Assembly (NCBI GenBank): GCA_035291665.1
Contig: DATDRP010000001.1
Coordinates: 146,952-210,951, forward strand
Length of the DNA stretch: 64,000 nucleotides
Direction: 5' to 3'
Source of the DNA: Patescibacteria group bacterium
Lineage (GTDB): Bacteria; Patescibacteriota; Microgenomatia; UBA8517
In this document: positions 1 to 9,933 of the stretch, piece after piece
How positions within the stretch are numbered: the first letter of the stretch is position 1
Layout: every line of letters starts with the position of its first letter
Program-made: the position numbers and the translations under genes
Notes under the pieces: generated by a model
Told to the model about the DNA's origin: nothing
The model's database searches: none
The model's input: the letters and a program-made list of their open reading frames with translations, nothing else

Positions 1-669
1 GTACGGCAGGAGTCCCGCGATGAATAAGAATATAGATTTTAAGATGGTTTTAAAGTTGAGAAATAGTGACTTATCCCCCATAAAGATGGTTAGTAATATA
101 GAAGGAGCCAAAAGAATTGAGGTTAAATTGTTGCTTAACGCCAAACCAAATAATAATGCTATCAAATAAATGTATTTTTTCTTTTTTGTTTCCAAGAACT
201 TAATTTCTGAAAGAATTACCAAAAGTAATAAAAAAATATGGAGAGCAAAAACTTCAGCTACTTCGGCGAATAACCAGACCGGGTAGGATGTGGCTAAAAT
301 TAATGTCGACAAAAAAGAAAGAAATGAGTTCTTACATAATAATTTAATGATTAGAAAAGCAATTACTGCCGATAATGAAGAGAGAATACTTGATAATAGA
401 CCTATTTTCCAGGCAATCGGGATGTCAAAAGGGATATTTGAAAATATTATCCCCAATATCGTATAAAGCGGGTAGCCGGATGGGTGCGGCACACCCCTTG
501 TAATAATAGCTGAAATTAAGTCTCCTGAATCGCCGGCGTAAACGCTGGGTGATAAGTTTTTTATGTAAATAACTAATGTTACCCCGAAGATTAAAAGGCT
601 CCCGATGTTTTTACTATCTGAAATCTTTTTACCTAGTAATCTGATGGTTTTAAGTATATTAATTTTCAT
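1..669 (-). CDS. DUF2723/TMEM260-like integral membrane protein (N-terminal part; runs off window start)
   Basis: Minus-strand ATG at 669..667 overlaps the stop of the downstream GT2 gene (ATGA). Translation MKINILKTIRLLGKKISDSKNIGSLLIFGVTLVIYIKNLSPSVYAGDSGDLISAIITRGVPHPSGYPLYTIL... is open to position 1. The GDSGxLI...HPxGYPLY motif is typical of DUF2723. Absent from the ORF track because it is truncated. Confidence 0.4.
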   Translation of the reverse strand, partial: MKINILKTIRLLGKKISDSKNIGSLLIFGVTLVIYIKNLSPSVYAGDSGDLISAIITRGVPHPSGYPLYTILGIIFSNIPFDIPIAWKIGLLSSILSSLSAVIAFLIIKLLCKNSFLSFLSTLILATSYPVWLFAEVAEVFALHIFLLLLVILSEIKFLETKKKKYIYLIALLFGLALSNNLTSILLAPSILLTIFMGDKSLFLNFKTILKSIFLFIAGLLPY

Positions 670-1637
670 GAGTCAAGATGCCTGATTGGAGATGTAATTT
701 TTTTGTCTAGCATAAACTTAACACCGTCATAGACTCCTTGTATATAGGAAAGACCCGATTGGAAATTTTCAACTTTAAATAAAAGATAAAGAGGCAACTT
801 GAGGATTATTTGCATAACAATATAATAGCTTCTTTCGAACCCCTGAAGATTTATTGATCCGAAGAGTATTCCGTTTCTTGCAATCAAATAGCTTTGCAAT
901 TTTCCCATTTTTCTTAAACTTTTGCTATTTGTACTCCTGGAAACTTTATGAAAAACTACGCTTTCGGGAATTGCCCGGATAGTTATACCTAATTTCCTAG
1001 CCCGGGAACAGTAATCGAGATCTTCATAATATGCAAAATAAATTTCATTCAACAATCCTGATTTCTTAAAAACAGATACGGGAGCAAAAAAAACGCACCC
1101 GGGTGCATAATCCGGAATAATAACTTTCTTAAATTCGGTAGCCTTTTGGCCTTGGCCTATCATTCTGGGTATGCCCGAAATTTTTGATAACACTCCACCC
1201 ATTGACCATATTAAATTTGTACCGAAATAGAAAATTTTTGATGTAAGTATTCCTTCAAATTTATTCTTTACAGCATATGCAATTAAGAACTTCAGGAAAT
1301 TTTTATCAACTACCGTATCGTTATTAAGAAGTAAAATATAATCCGCTTTATGCCTGATTGCGTATTTAATCCCCTGGTTATTTGCTTTACAGTAGCCTTG
1401 ATTTTTATTATTTGAAAGGTAAATATTTTTCGGGAAATGTTTTTTTAATTTTTTAATTTCGTTATCCTTTGACCCGTTATCGATTATAATGACCTTGAAA
1501 TTTTTATAATTTATTTTATTAAGCGATTGCAGACAGTCAGTGGTATCTTTGATGCCGTTCCAATTAAGAACTATCACGAAAACAAACGGAGTCCCGTTAT
1601 TCAATTCAGTTTTTTTGTAGTTTTTGCTATTTTCCAT
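666..1637 (-). CDS. glycosyltransferase family 2
   Basis: 323 aa; N-terminal GT-A motif FVFVIVLNWNG...IIIDNGSKD (DxD-like). Translationally coupled to the upstream GT2. Confidence 0.8.
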   Translation of the reverse strand: MENSKNYKKTELNNGTPFVFVIVLNWNGIKDTTDCLQSLNKINYKNFKVIIIDNGSKDNEIKKLKKHFPKNIYLSNNKNQGYCKANNQGIKYAIRHKADYILLLNNDTVVDKNFLKFLIAYAVKNKFEGILTSKIFYFGTNLIWSMGGVLSKISGIPRMIGQGQKATEFKKVIIPDYAPGCVFFAPVSVFKKSGLLNEIYFAYYEDLDYCSRARKLGITIRAIPESVVFHKVSRSTNSKSLRKMGKLQSYLIARNGILFGSINLQGFERSYYIVMQIILKLPLYLLFKVENFQSGLSYIQGVYDGVKFMLDKKITSPIRHLDS

Positions 1638-2518
1638 ATACTCTGGTCGCGGATTTTGTACTTTATATCCAAATAACCGAAAATTCTGGCTGTTAATTCA
1701 ACAAAAGCTGATAGGAGTGCGTAATACAATTCTTTTGGACGGCCCGGTATTGCAGATAGAAATACAGGTATAACCGTAAAAGTGCTGAAAGTGATAACTT
1801 CATAACCGTAATTAACTTTCTCTAGATAATGCCCCGCGTAAATACTCCTCCGGCGGCTCAAAAGCTCCCGTAAGTTACTTGGTCCCATATTGAAAACAAT
1901 AGCATCAGGAACATATCTGACTTGATAATCCTGTAGTTTAATCAAAGGTTCTATGCTTGCTTCATCGGCTGCGGTTTTTGGAGGTATACGGGAAAACAAT
2001 TTTTTGAAAGCCACAAGCTCCCCGACCTTTGGCCGTTCAGGATATTTAATATTTATAAGGTGATGGAGCTTCCATCTGAATATATTTGAATAACCGCAGA
2101 ATGTATCTTCATCATCCATTGGGACAATCCGGGCACCAACCATTCCGACATGCGGTTTTGACAACTCAACAAGTACTTTTTTATAGCAGTCTTTCCCGGG
2201 AAGCGTATCCGCACTTTGTAAGATTATCAGTTTAGTATTTATTTTTTTCAAAAGTATATTCACCGCAGATGCCTTGCCTTCCCTATTCTTTTGACTAATA
2301 AGTTTTATGATTTTATATTTACGCATCAGATTCTCGACTATCGGAATTGTGTTGTCAGTACACCCGGAAGCCACGATTATTATTTCTTTGAGTATAAAAT
2401 TCGGAGAAGTTTTTTGGCTAATGACGGAAGTTATAAATTTCTTTATATTATTTTCTTCGTTATATACTGCAGTACCGACTGTATATAAATATTTTTTTGA
2501 TTGGTATGCCATACTCAA
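1601..2518 (-). CDS. glycosyltransferase family 2
   Basis: 305 aa; YLYTVGTAVYNEENNI GT2 N-terminal signature; 37-nt overlap with the downstream GT2. Confidence 0.8.
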   Translation of the reverse strand: MSMAYQSKKYLYTVGTAVYNEENNIKKFITSVISQKTSPNFILKEIIIVASGCTDNTIPIVENLMRKYKIIKLISQKNREGKASAVNILLKKINTKLIILQSADTLPGKDCYKKVLVELSKPHVGMVGARIVPMDDEDTFCGYSNIFRWKLHHLINIKYPERPKVGELVAFKKLFSRIPPKTAADEASIEPLIKLQDYQVRYVPDAIVFNMGPSNLRELLSRRRSIYAGHYLEKVNYGYEVITFSTFTVIPVFLSAIPGRPKELYYALLSAFVELTARIFGYLDIKYKIRDQSIWKIAKTTKKLN

Positions 2519-2568
2519 AGATAATTATTTAATATTAGTTATTATATATTAGCAATCTGATTATAATT

Positions 2569-3276
2569 ATGATTTGCATCGTTTGCGGTAAAAGTGTCAG
2601 AAAGTTCGATCAAATGGATATAATTGGTGATGATCTTTCTGATAAATGGAAATTAACAACAAAAGAAAGATTTCTGTTTGACCAGAGAGAGACCACGTTT
2701 TGTCCTTATTGCCGTTCAAGCCTTAGGGATCGGATTTTAGCTGAGGCAATTATCAAAACCCCTAAACCGGAAGCGAACTTAATCGAGTGGGTGAAAAATA
2801 ACCAAAACCTTAAAGTGGCTGAAATAAACTCCTGCGGATCATTGCATAAATATTTCAAACGACTATCATGCCTGAGTTACAGTGAATTTAAAAGTAAGGA
2901 TTTGTTAAGGAATTTATATAACAAATATATTTTACGGGTGCGGTGCGAAAACATTATGGATCTCAATTACCCCGATAATTATTTTGATTTAGTATTGCAT
3001 AGCGAAACACTGGAACACGTTTCTGATCCTGTTAAGGCTCTTGGAGAATGCCAGAGAGTCTTAAAGAAGGGGGGATGTTGTATTTTTACAATACCCGTGA
3101 TTAAAAGAAGAACTACAAAATATGTCTGTGACAATAATTCATATCACGGAAATCGTAACAGTAAGGATTACTTGGTTTTTTGGGAATTCGGTGGTGATTT
3201 TTTGAGCAGGAATAAAATAAGATATGCTGCAGGTGATGAAAAAAGATTGTGCTCTTCCTATTTAATTAAAAAATGA
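2569..3276 (+). CDS. class I SAM-dependent methyltransferase with N-terminal CxxC Zn-ribbon
   Basis: CIVCGK...CPYCRS Zn-ribbon; Methyltransf_11-like core LVLHSETLEHVSDPVKALGECQRVLKKGGCCIFTIP. Confidence 0.7.
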   Translation: MICIVCGKSVRKFDQMDIIGDDLSDKWKLTTKERFLFDQRETTFCPYCRSSLRDRILAEAIIKTPKPEANLIEWVKNNQNLKVAEINSCGSLHKYFKRLSCLSYSEFKSKDLLRNLYNKYILRVRCENIMDLNYPDNYFDLVLHSETLEHVSDPVKALGECQRVLKKGGCCIFTIPVIKRRTTKYVCDNNSYHGNRNSKDYLVFWEFGGDFLSRNKIRYAAGDEKRLCSSYLIKK

Positions 3277-4004
3277 CAAAAAAACAATTTTTGGTTCACG
3301 AGAGATTGGTACCCGACCGAATCCCTTGGTTTCAAATACAAATGCTTTGGGATCACGTTGACAGATACAAATTTGTCGTACCGTATATCAAAAGTAAAAC
3401 AGTCCTGGACATCGCTTGCGGAAGCGGCTATGGAACCTTATATCTTGCCGAAAACGGGGCAAAGAATGTACTCGGGATGGATCTTTCAACGTCTGCTATT
3501 ACATATGCAAAAAAACATTATTCCCATAAAAATGTACTTTATTCTGTGGGAAACGCAGAATCCATACCATTAAAAAATAATTCTATCGATGTTTTGGTTT
3601 CGTTCGAAACAATCGAACACCTCAATAATTATAAAAATTTTATAAAAGAGATCCAGAGAGTATTAAAAAAGAATGGCTTATTAATCATTTCTACACCGAA
3701 CAATATTACCGGTACGGGATCAAAGAATCCTTATCATAAAAAAGAATTTACTTTTAAGGAATTCCGACAATTAATTGAAAAACAATTCGTAAACATCAAT
3801 GTTTACGGACAAAAACCGGTATTAGTAAAATATATAAAGTTTATTAATGAAGTTACAAAAATGATTAAGAATGAAAAACTTAGATGGATGGCGGATACAA
3901 TCGGAAGAATAATTTTCCGTGGAAGCAAGGTTATGCCTATTGGTCACATCAGGAACGGATTTGAACCTTTATATGTAATCATCGTAGGAAAAAACAATAA
4001 ATAA
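3273..4004 (+). CDS. class I SAM-dependent methyltransferase
   Basis: VLDIACGSGYGTLYLAENGAKNVLGMDLS (motif I) ... LLIISTPN; 4-nt overlap with the previous methyltransferase. Confidence 0.8.
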   Translation: MTKKQFLVHERLVPDRIPWFQIQMLWDHVDRYKFVVPYIKSKTVLDIACGSGYGTLYLAENGAKNVLGMDLSTSAITYAKKHYSHKNVLYSVGNAESIPLKNNSIDVLVSFETIEHLNNYKNFIKEIQRVLKKNGLLIISTPNNITGTGSKNPYHKKEFTFKEFRQLIEKQFVNINVYGQKPVLVKYIKFINEVTKMIKNEKLRWMADTIGRIIFRGSKVMPIGHIRNGFEPLYVIIVGKNNK

Positions 4005-4034
4005 TTTTTTCATTTAATTATTCAAACAAAACCA

Positions 4035-4063
4035 TTGACTAGCCATTTTGAATAAATTATGCT
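4035..4063 (+). promoter_or_regulatory. sigma70-like promoter of the pilin operon (TTGACT-17-TATGCT)
   Basis: TTGACT at 4035-4040, 17-nt spacer, TATGCT at 4058-4063; strong SD GAAGGAGGTG precedes the first pilin ATG at 4104. Confidence 0.45.
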
Positions 4064-4103
4064 GAATAATGAAGGTTTTTGAAGGAGGTGAAAGATTTAA
4101 GTT

Positions 4104-4658
4104 ATGAAAAAATCATATGGTTTTACATTAATTGAACTGTTGATTGTAATGGCGATCTTGGGAGTGTTGGCTGTTGTTGTACTCGTTGCAATAAATCCTG
4201 TTCAACAATTGGCAAGAACCCGAGATGCGGGGAGAAAATCAGCCGTTACCCAAATCGGGCACGCATTGGAGGCCTTCGCAACTGTACATGAAGGTCAATA
4301 CCTGACGGATACGACTTGCGACTTGAATGGTGATTCTGCACTTGACAATGATTGGCAGAATTGTCTGGTCAATGCCGGTGAGCTTTCGACAGCTCCGGCT
4401 TTAATTACTTATTCTCTGACTACGGCTTGTTCAGGTGTAACAACAGCTCAAAATGGTGTTTGTTATGTTGTTAATGGTCCCGGTACTGAAGCAACCATTT
4501 ATGCCACCCTTGAATCAGATTCAGAAGGATCAAAATGCGATGTTCCTGGTGATACTCCGTATTTTGCATGGTCAACGGCAGACGGACGCGGAGGTTTGAT
4601 TTGTATCTCTACAGGCGAGCCGGGTTCCGGTTCTCTCGGATGGAATACAGTTCAGTAA
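4104..4658 (+). CDS. type IV pilin / pseudopilin (class III signal peptide)
   Basis: N-terminus MKKSYGFTLIELLIVMAILGVLAVVV: G-1/F+1/E+5 prepilin cleavage-methylation motif plus hydrophobic helix. Confidence 0.85.
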   Translation: MKKSYGFTLIELLIVMAILGVLAVVVLVAINPVQQLARTRDAGRKSAVTQIGHALEAFATVHEGQYLTDTTCDLNGDSALDNDWQNCLVNAGELSTAPALITYSLTTACSGVTTAQNGVCYVVNGPGTEATIYATLESDSEGSKCDVPGDTPYFAWSTADGRGGLICISTGEPGSGSLGWNTVQ

Positions 4659-4698
4659 AATAGTTTTTTCAAATTCGGACGCGGAGGTTTGGTATTCG

Positions 4699-5238
4699 TT
4701 GGATATGGTTAAGATTCGTAGTGGATTTACACTCATAGAGTTACTTATTGTTATTGCAATCCTGGGCGTGCTTGCGGTTGTTGTCTTTGTGGCAATAAAC
4801 CCCGCTGAACGGCAAGCGCAAGCTAGGGATACCGGAAGAATCTCTTCGGTCACACAAATCGGACACTCATTGCAGGGGTTTTATACGGTAGGAACAGCTT
4901 ACCCCAATGTCGCTACGTGGGCGCAGGAACTGATTGACCACGGCGAACTCAGCACATTCCCAGCCGGAATAAATTACAACATAAACGGGATTACTGCATG
5001 CACTGAATATGTTCAGCCGGCTCTTGATGGAACATATTGTTATAATGAAGACCAGGCTAACGGTAATGGAGCAATTGTTTATTCCAAAGCTGAAGCAACA
5101 GCGAACAGAGATGATTGTACATCTCCCGAGGAGGCATATTTCGTTTTCTCAACTGTAGATGGTCGCGGGGGTACAATCTGTAGTGACGGAGATCCCTTTC
5201 CCTGGACGGCCGGGACCCAAACATACGTAAATAATTAA
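4699..5238 (+). CDS. type IV pilin / pseudopilin
   Basis: SGFTLIELLIVIAILGVLAVVVFVAINP prepilin motif; C-terminal Cys pair. Confidence 0.85.
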   Translation: MDMVKIRSGFTLIELLIVIAILGVLAVVVFVAINPAERQAQARDTGRISSVTQIGHSLQGFYTVGTAYPNVATWAQELIDHGELSTFPAGINYNINGITACTEYVQPALDGTYCYNEDQANGNGAIVYSKAEATANRDDCTSPEEAYFVFSTVDGRGGTICSDGDPFPWTAGTQTYVNN

Positions 5239-5291
5239 CACTTCTCTCAAAACGATTTACTTTCAGGAAAGATTATATATATACTTAATTT

Positions 5292-6101
5292 ATGCCTGAT
5301 TTCTTTATTTACTTTGTGGTCATACTTTTTGGACTTGTGATAGGTTCATTCATCAGCGCATATACTTACCGCTTACCCAAAGGATTAAGCATTGTGAAAG
5401 GCAGATCTTTTTGCCCCAAGTGTCACAACAAAATATCCTGGTTTGACAACATTCCGATACTATCGTTTTATTTACTTCGGGGTAAATGCCGGAATTGCGG
5501 GAAGCCAATATCACTAAGATATTCGATGATTGAATTTTTTACGATGTCGGTGTTTTTATTGATAACAATCAGATATCTTCATTGTTCAAAATTGGATATC
5601 ACCATAACCGATTTTGTTTGTTCATGGAACAATATCATCGGAAGTTTTAATCTTTTTTACCAATTATTTATAGCTGCAATTTTAGTTTCAATATTTGTAA
5701 TTGATTTGGAAAAAAAGATAATTCCTGATCGATTATCATTAGGACTTTTTGCAATCGTCCTTTTAATGTTTATCTTTTTTAATCCTGACTACACATATAA
5801 AAATATATTTACAGGTTTTACCGCAGCTTCCTTTTTGCTGCTGGTGAACTTTGTGACAAAAGGTAAAGGGATGGGATTTGGCGATGTAAAGCTCGCACTA
5901 CCGCTTGGATTAATGCTTGGCTGGCCGCTTACAATCTCATGGTTCCTTCTTTCATTTGTAATAGGAGCCTTGGTCGGAGTGGCTTTAATTTTGGCAAAAA
6001 AAACTACTTTGGGAAAAGAAATCCCTTTTGGTCCATTCCTGGTGATAGGCTATTTCCTGACAATCATATGGGGCGATCTTATTATTTTGAGATTCTTTTA
6101 A
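5292..6101 (+). CDS. pilD: prepilin peptidase (A24 family)
   Basis: Tetracysteine Zn motif FCPKCHNKISWFDNIPILSFYLLRGKCRNCGKPISLRY plus catalytic-region GFGDVKL; multi-TM. Confidence 0.9.
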   Translation: MPDFFIYFVVILFGLVIGSFISAYTYRLPKGLSIVKGRSFCPKCHNKISWFDNIPILSFYLLRGKCRNCGKPISLRYSMIEFFTMSVFLLITIRYLHCSKLDITITDFVCSWNNIIGSFNLFYQLFIAAILVSIFVIDLEKKIIPDRLSLGLFAIVLLMFIFFNPDYTYKNIFTGFTAASFLLLVNFVTKGKGMGFGDVKLALPLGLMLGWPLTISWFLLSFVIGALVGVALILAKKTTLGKEIPFGPFLVIGYFLTIIWGDLIILRFF

Positions 6102-6108
6102 ATTAGTT

Positions 6109-6714
6109 ATGTTTGTCTATACGAAAAAAGAGACAAGAGGAATAATATTAATCTTTATGGTTCTTTCTTTATTAACTTTTGCAAACCTTCAAACATCAAT
6201 CAGAAAGTCCCGTGATGCACAAAGAAGAGCAGATATTAATTCTATTTTTGATGCCCTTTCGAAATATCAAAATGAATTCGGTTTTTTTCCACCTTCATCC
6301 GAATACGGAAAGATTATCGCATGCCGCAGTGGTGAGACTACCCCCCCATCGGAAAATCTGACTGAAGCGGAATATCAGCAATATTTTATTTCGACCTTAA
6401 AAGAGTGTGAATGGGGGCGGGATTCCCTTCGTGACGTTGAAGATCTTTCGTATCAACCATACCTTACGTCAATTCCTCCTGATCCATATCACAATCGCGG
6501 AATTGATTATTATTACCTTTCAAATATGCACCGATTTCAATTATTTGCCTATCTGGAGGGCGGATCGAGAGAGGATGGCTTCAGGGAAGAAGTTGTTTTA
6601 CGCAATATTAAATGCGGTAATAAAACGTGTAATTTCGGAAGAGCGTTTGCTGATGAAAACATCGGGAAAAATCTTGAAGAAATTGAAACAGAATTAAGAG
6701 ATAAAAATAGGTAA
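6109..6714 (+). CDS. atypical pseudopilin-like protein (GspG/GspK-like, lacks Glu+5)
   Basis: Hydrophobic N-term TRGIILIFMVLSLL without E+5; SRDAQRRADINSIFDAL and DPYHNRGIDYYYL resemble the GspG C-terminal region (DPWGNPY). Confidence 0.5.
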   Translation: MFVYTKKETRGIILIFMVLSLLTFANLQTSIRKSRDAQRRADINSIFDALSKYQNEFGFFPPSSEYGKIIACRSGETTPPSENLTEAEYQQYFISTLKECEWGRDSLRDVEDLSYQPYLTSIPPDPYHNRGIDYYYLSNMHRFQLFAYLEGGSREDGFREEVVLRNIKCGNKTCNFGRAFADENIGKNLEEIETELRDKNR

Positions 6715-6727
6715 TATAAAAAATAAT

Positions 6728-7162
6728 ATGAATAGAAATTTGGGAGGATTTACAATAGTTGAGGTGATGATTGTTCTTGTAGTGATCGGCGGTTTGGCAA
6801 CATTTGCAGCATTTACTTATCACAGTTCAACATCCCGTACCCGCGATGCTCAACGGCAGTCTGACCTTCGGAATTATCAGAATGCTTTGGAAATTTACAA
6901 TACGGTAAATAATACATATCCGGTTCAGGATACTGCAGCCGTTGATGTCACTACTTTATGTACAACTCTTAATATGACAACAGCTGAATGCAAAACCGAT
7001 CCTCAAAGCGGAGTTTACAGATACAGAAGCGACAGCAATGGCTTATCATATAATTTATGGGTATTTCTTGAGGGCTCGACAAATTACTTTATTTTATGTT
7101 CTAATGGAGAGGCGGGGTTTGTGACCGCAGAGCCTCCAAACGGAGCGTGTCCTGATTTTTAA
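6728..7162 (+). CDS. type IV pilin / GspG-like pseudopilin
   Basis: GGFTIVEVMIVLVVIGGLA...SRTRDAQRQSDLRNYQNALEIY. Confidence 0.85.
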   Translation: MNRNLGGFTIVEVMIVLVVIGGLATFAAFTYHSSTSRTRDAQRQSDLRNYQNALEIYNTVNNTYPVQDTAAVDVTTLCTTLNMTTAECKTDPQSGVYRYRSDSNGLSYNLWVFLEGSTNYFILCSNGEAGFVTAEPPNGACPDF

Positions 7163-7170
7163 TTTTTTAT

Positions 7171-7692
7171 ATGAAAATTTTTAAAGAGAGACTGATAAAT
7201 AATACTAAAGGTTTTACTTTTTTGGAACTTTTAATTGTGATGGGCATCATTTCACTTTTGTTTACATTTACGCTTATATCATATAAGGGTGTTCAGGCAA
7301 ATGCCCGGGATACACAAAGGAAAAATGATTTGAAGCAATATCAGACACTTTTGGAAACTCAGGCTAACGCAAACGGTGGTTTTTACCCCGGAAGATCAAC
7401 AACTGCCAGGGCTTCGGATGTTGGCACTCCTCCAATAAGTTTATGTGCTGATCTTGGTATTTCTGATTGTCCTTACGACCCCGCTGACGGAGTAAACAAT
7501 TGCAAAAGCGGTTTATGCCGGTATTTTTACCAATCTAACGGCACCTGTGATAACGGTACGGATTGCGGAAGCCGATTCGTTCTTTATTCAAGATTGGAGA
7601 AAGTTAATAATTATTTTATTGTCTGTTCAAGTGGAATTTCCGGAGAAAAGGTTAATACAACTACTTTCACCGCGGGTGCCTGTCCATTATAA
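7171..7692 (+). CDS. type IV pilin / pseudopilin
   Basis: KGFTFLELLIVMGIISLL...ARDTQRKNDLKQYQTLLE. Confidence 0.85.
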   Translation: MKIFKERLINNTKGFTFLELLIVMGIISLLFTFTLISYKGVQANARDTQRKNDLKQYQTLLETQANANGGFYPGRSTTARASDVGTPPISLCADLGISDCPYDPADGVNNCKSGLCRYFYQSNGTCDNGTDCGSRFVLYSRLEKVNNYFIVCSSGISGEKVNTTTFTAGACPL

Positions 7693-7754
7693 GGGCTTTC
7701 GGAGAAATCAAGTTTTGACCCATGCGATAGATGTTATAATTATTTAGTAATCTT

Positions 7755-8216
7755 ATGAAGAAGCCGCAGATGAATTTTGGTTTTACTCTTATCGAACTGA
7801 TGGTTGTTTTGGCAATTATCGGAATTTTGGCCACACTCAGCGCTTTCGGACTTCAGCAAGCAAGGGAATCTTCCCGCGACGCTCAAAGAAAATCAGATCT
7901 TCAGACAATCAGACTGGCATTGGAACAATATAGGACTGATTGTAATGCATATCCGGTTGAATCCGGCATATTTTCAACTTTGCATTCAAGCTTTTCCACC
8001 CCGGCGAGCTGCACGGGTACAGCTGTAAATTTTATAGCAAAATCACCCAATGATCCTATTTCCGGTAGAAATTACTACTATATTGGGACTGCGTTTTCGT
8101 TTACGTTATGTGCCAGTCTGGAAGGCGGAGGTACGTCGGGAGATACCTCTGCCTGTTCGACAGCCGGTGCAAATTGCGGGGGTGCGGCTTGCAATTACAG
8201 AGTAACCAATCCATGA
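7755..8216 (+). CDS. type IV pilin / pseudopilin
   Basis: FGFTLIELMVVLAIIGILATL...SRDAQRKSDLQTIRLALEQY. Confidence 0.85.
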   Translation: MKKPQMNFGFTLIELMVVLAIIGILATLSAFGLQQARESSRDAQRKSDLQTIRLALEQYRTDCNAYPVESGIFSTLHSSFSTPASCTGTAVNFIAKSPNDPISGRNYYYIGTAFSFTLCASLEGGGTSGDTSACSTAGANCGGAACNYRVTNP

Positions 8217-8219
8217 AAA

Positions 8220-8726
8220 ATGAAAATTCTCCGAACAAACTCAGCGAAAAATTATTCAGGATACTCACTGATTGAGGTTTTGGTTGCAATGTTTATTCTT
8301 GTAATAATATTTTCCGTTACTCAGGCAAATCTTCGGGGATATTCGCAAAATAAGTCTTTGGAACAGGCTGTCAAACAGGTCAGATCTGACTTAAAACTTC
8401 TACAGGAATATTCAATAGCCGGAAAATTAATGCCCGGTTGTTCGGGTTTGAATGGGTACATCTTCAGCTATAACACTTCGACGAATCTTTATTCGTTAAT
8501 TGCCGATTGTACTACCGATGTAAATGTTCCTAATAAAACCAGTCTTTCCCTTCCTCAAGGGATAAGCCTTAACAGTTTTCGTCCGCCCAATAACACCATT
8601 TTGTTCAAAGTTCTCGGAAAAGGAACGGACATACCAAACGGTACAAGCATAAACATTATATTAACCCAGCAAACATCCGGAAGTACTGCAACAATAAATA
8701 TTAATCCGGCCGGATTAATAAATTAA
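8220..8726 (+). CDS. minor pilin-like protein
   Basis: SGYSLIEVLVAMFILVIIF prepilin-type N-terminus. Confidence 0.7.
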   Translation: MKILRTNSAKNYSGYSLIEVLVAMFILVIIFSVTQANLRGYSQNKSLEQAVKQVRSDLKLLQEYSIAGKLMPGCSGLNGYIFSYNTSTNLYSLIADCTTDVNVPNKTSLSLPQGISLNSFRPPNNTILFKVLGKGTDIPNGTSINIILTQQTSGSTATININPAGLIN

Positions 8727-8737
8727 ATATTTGAGGT

Positions 8738-9190
8738 ATGACGAATTCATTTTCAAAAAAAGGCCAATCAATATTTGAGGTTGTGATTGCTATTGCGATT
8801 GCTGCCATTGTTATGACAGTTATCGTTTCACTGTCTGCGGATTCTTTGTCCAATTCAATCTACTCGAAAAATAAAACATTGGCCAATAGATATACCAGTG
8901 AAACGATTGAGTGGCTGCGATGGCAAAGGGAAAGTATGGGATGGCAAAGTTTTTCAACCCAAATTACTGCATCTGCCAATTGGTGTTTCGCAACACTTGC
9001 CCTTAGCGCTTCTTATCGGCATACCTGCGTTATTACGAATGCAGCCGACGCGATATCAGGTACTTCTTATTTCAGAAACGTATCAGTATCCAATACCGGC
9101 GGCCGGCTTGATGTTACTATTAATGTTTCCTGGCGCGAATCTGATGGTTGGCATGAAACCGAAACTTCCACATCTTTAGTAAATATATGA
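8738..9190 (+). CDS. minor pilin-like protein
   Basis: GQSIFEVVIAIAIAAIVM prepilin-type N-terminus. Confidence 0.65.
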   Translation: MTNSFSKKGQSIFEVVIAIAIAAIVMTVIVSLSADSLSNSIYSKNKTLANRYTSETIEWLRWQRESMGWQSFSTQITASANWCFATLALSASYRHTCVITNAADAISGTSYFRNVSVSNTGGRLDVTINVSWRESDGWHETETSTSLVNI

Positions 9191-9191
9191 T

Positions 9192-9764
9192 ATGAGAAAA
9201 ATAAAAGGCTATTCGGTAATAGAAGTCCTGGTGGTAATCGGTGTTTTTGCAATCCTATCAGTTATTGCAGCGCAATCCATTATCATTACCCTTCGCTCGC
9301 AAAAGAAAAACGATTCTTTGATAAATGTCAAAGGTGAAATTGATTTTGCAGCAAATATAATCGAAAGGAATCTTCAAACCGCGTCGTATATCATTGTTAA
9401 TCCGGTAACGGTTTGCGATGGCGCTACTGCCACACCGTCAATCGGCTTCTCTACTCCGTACGGCGGAAGGGGGGATTTTGCCTGTTTGGATATTTCCACA
9501 ATCGGAGGCGGAACGAATTTTTATAATTTGACAACACCCGATATCAGAGTTGCGTCTTCATCCGGAATTCCCATCAGATTCAGCCAAAGACTGACGACAA
9601 ATAATTTGGAAATTACTTCATGTTCTTTTACCTGTTTAACATTGGATGAAAAGTCATATGTAACTTTTACAATTTCAGCAAGTGCAAAAAATATTCCTGC
9701 AAGCGACGATAATATTGTCTCAACGTCTCGGCAGGTATTTATACGGTCTTCAAAAAGAGAATGA
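9192..9764 (+). CDS. minor pilin-like protein
   Basis: KGYSVIEVLVVIGVFAILS prepilin-type N-terminus. Confidence 0.7.
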   Translation: MRKIKGYSVIEVLVVIGVFAILSVIAAQSIIITLRSQKKNDSLINVKGEIDFAANIIERNLQTASYIIVNPVTVCDGATATPSIGFSTPYGGRGDFACLDISTIGGGTNFYNLTTPDIRVASSSGIPIRFSQRLTTNNLEITSCSFTCLTLDEKSYVTFTISASAKNIPASDDNIVSTSRQVFIRSSKRE

Positions 9765-9842
9765 ATAATGTGTTTTTTTTGATTTTCCTTCAAAGGAGGA
9801 TGACATACCGTGCCCGCCGGCAGGCAGGTCAGAGTTCAATTC

Positions 9843-9872
9843 ATCCCCGATTAAATCGGGGTTTTCTTGAAC
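9843..9872 (+). terminator. intrinsic terminator after the pilin gene block
   Basis: CATCCCCGATTAAATCGGGGTTTTCTT: GC stem (CCCCGA/TCGGGG) followed by a U-tract. Confidence 0.5.
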
Positions 9873-9933
9873 GCTGTTATAAATGCAATTGACCTTGTAG
9901 ACTTGTTCTTGCTACACTTGAAAATAAGTAATT

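Noticed and set aside
2291-2552. Antisense/overlapping ORFs inside confident genes (e.g. 2291..2488, 2307..2552, 12543..12980, 20440..20967, 26492..26815, 61267..61656)
   Set aside because: Fully embedded in, and antisense or out of frame to, well-supported conserved genes. Low-complexity translations.
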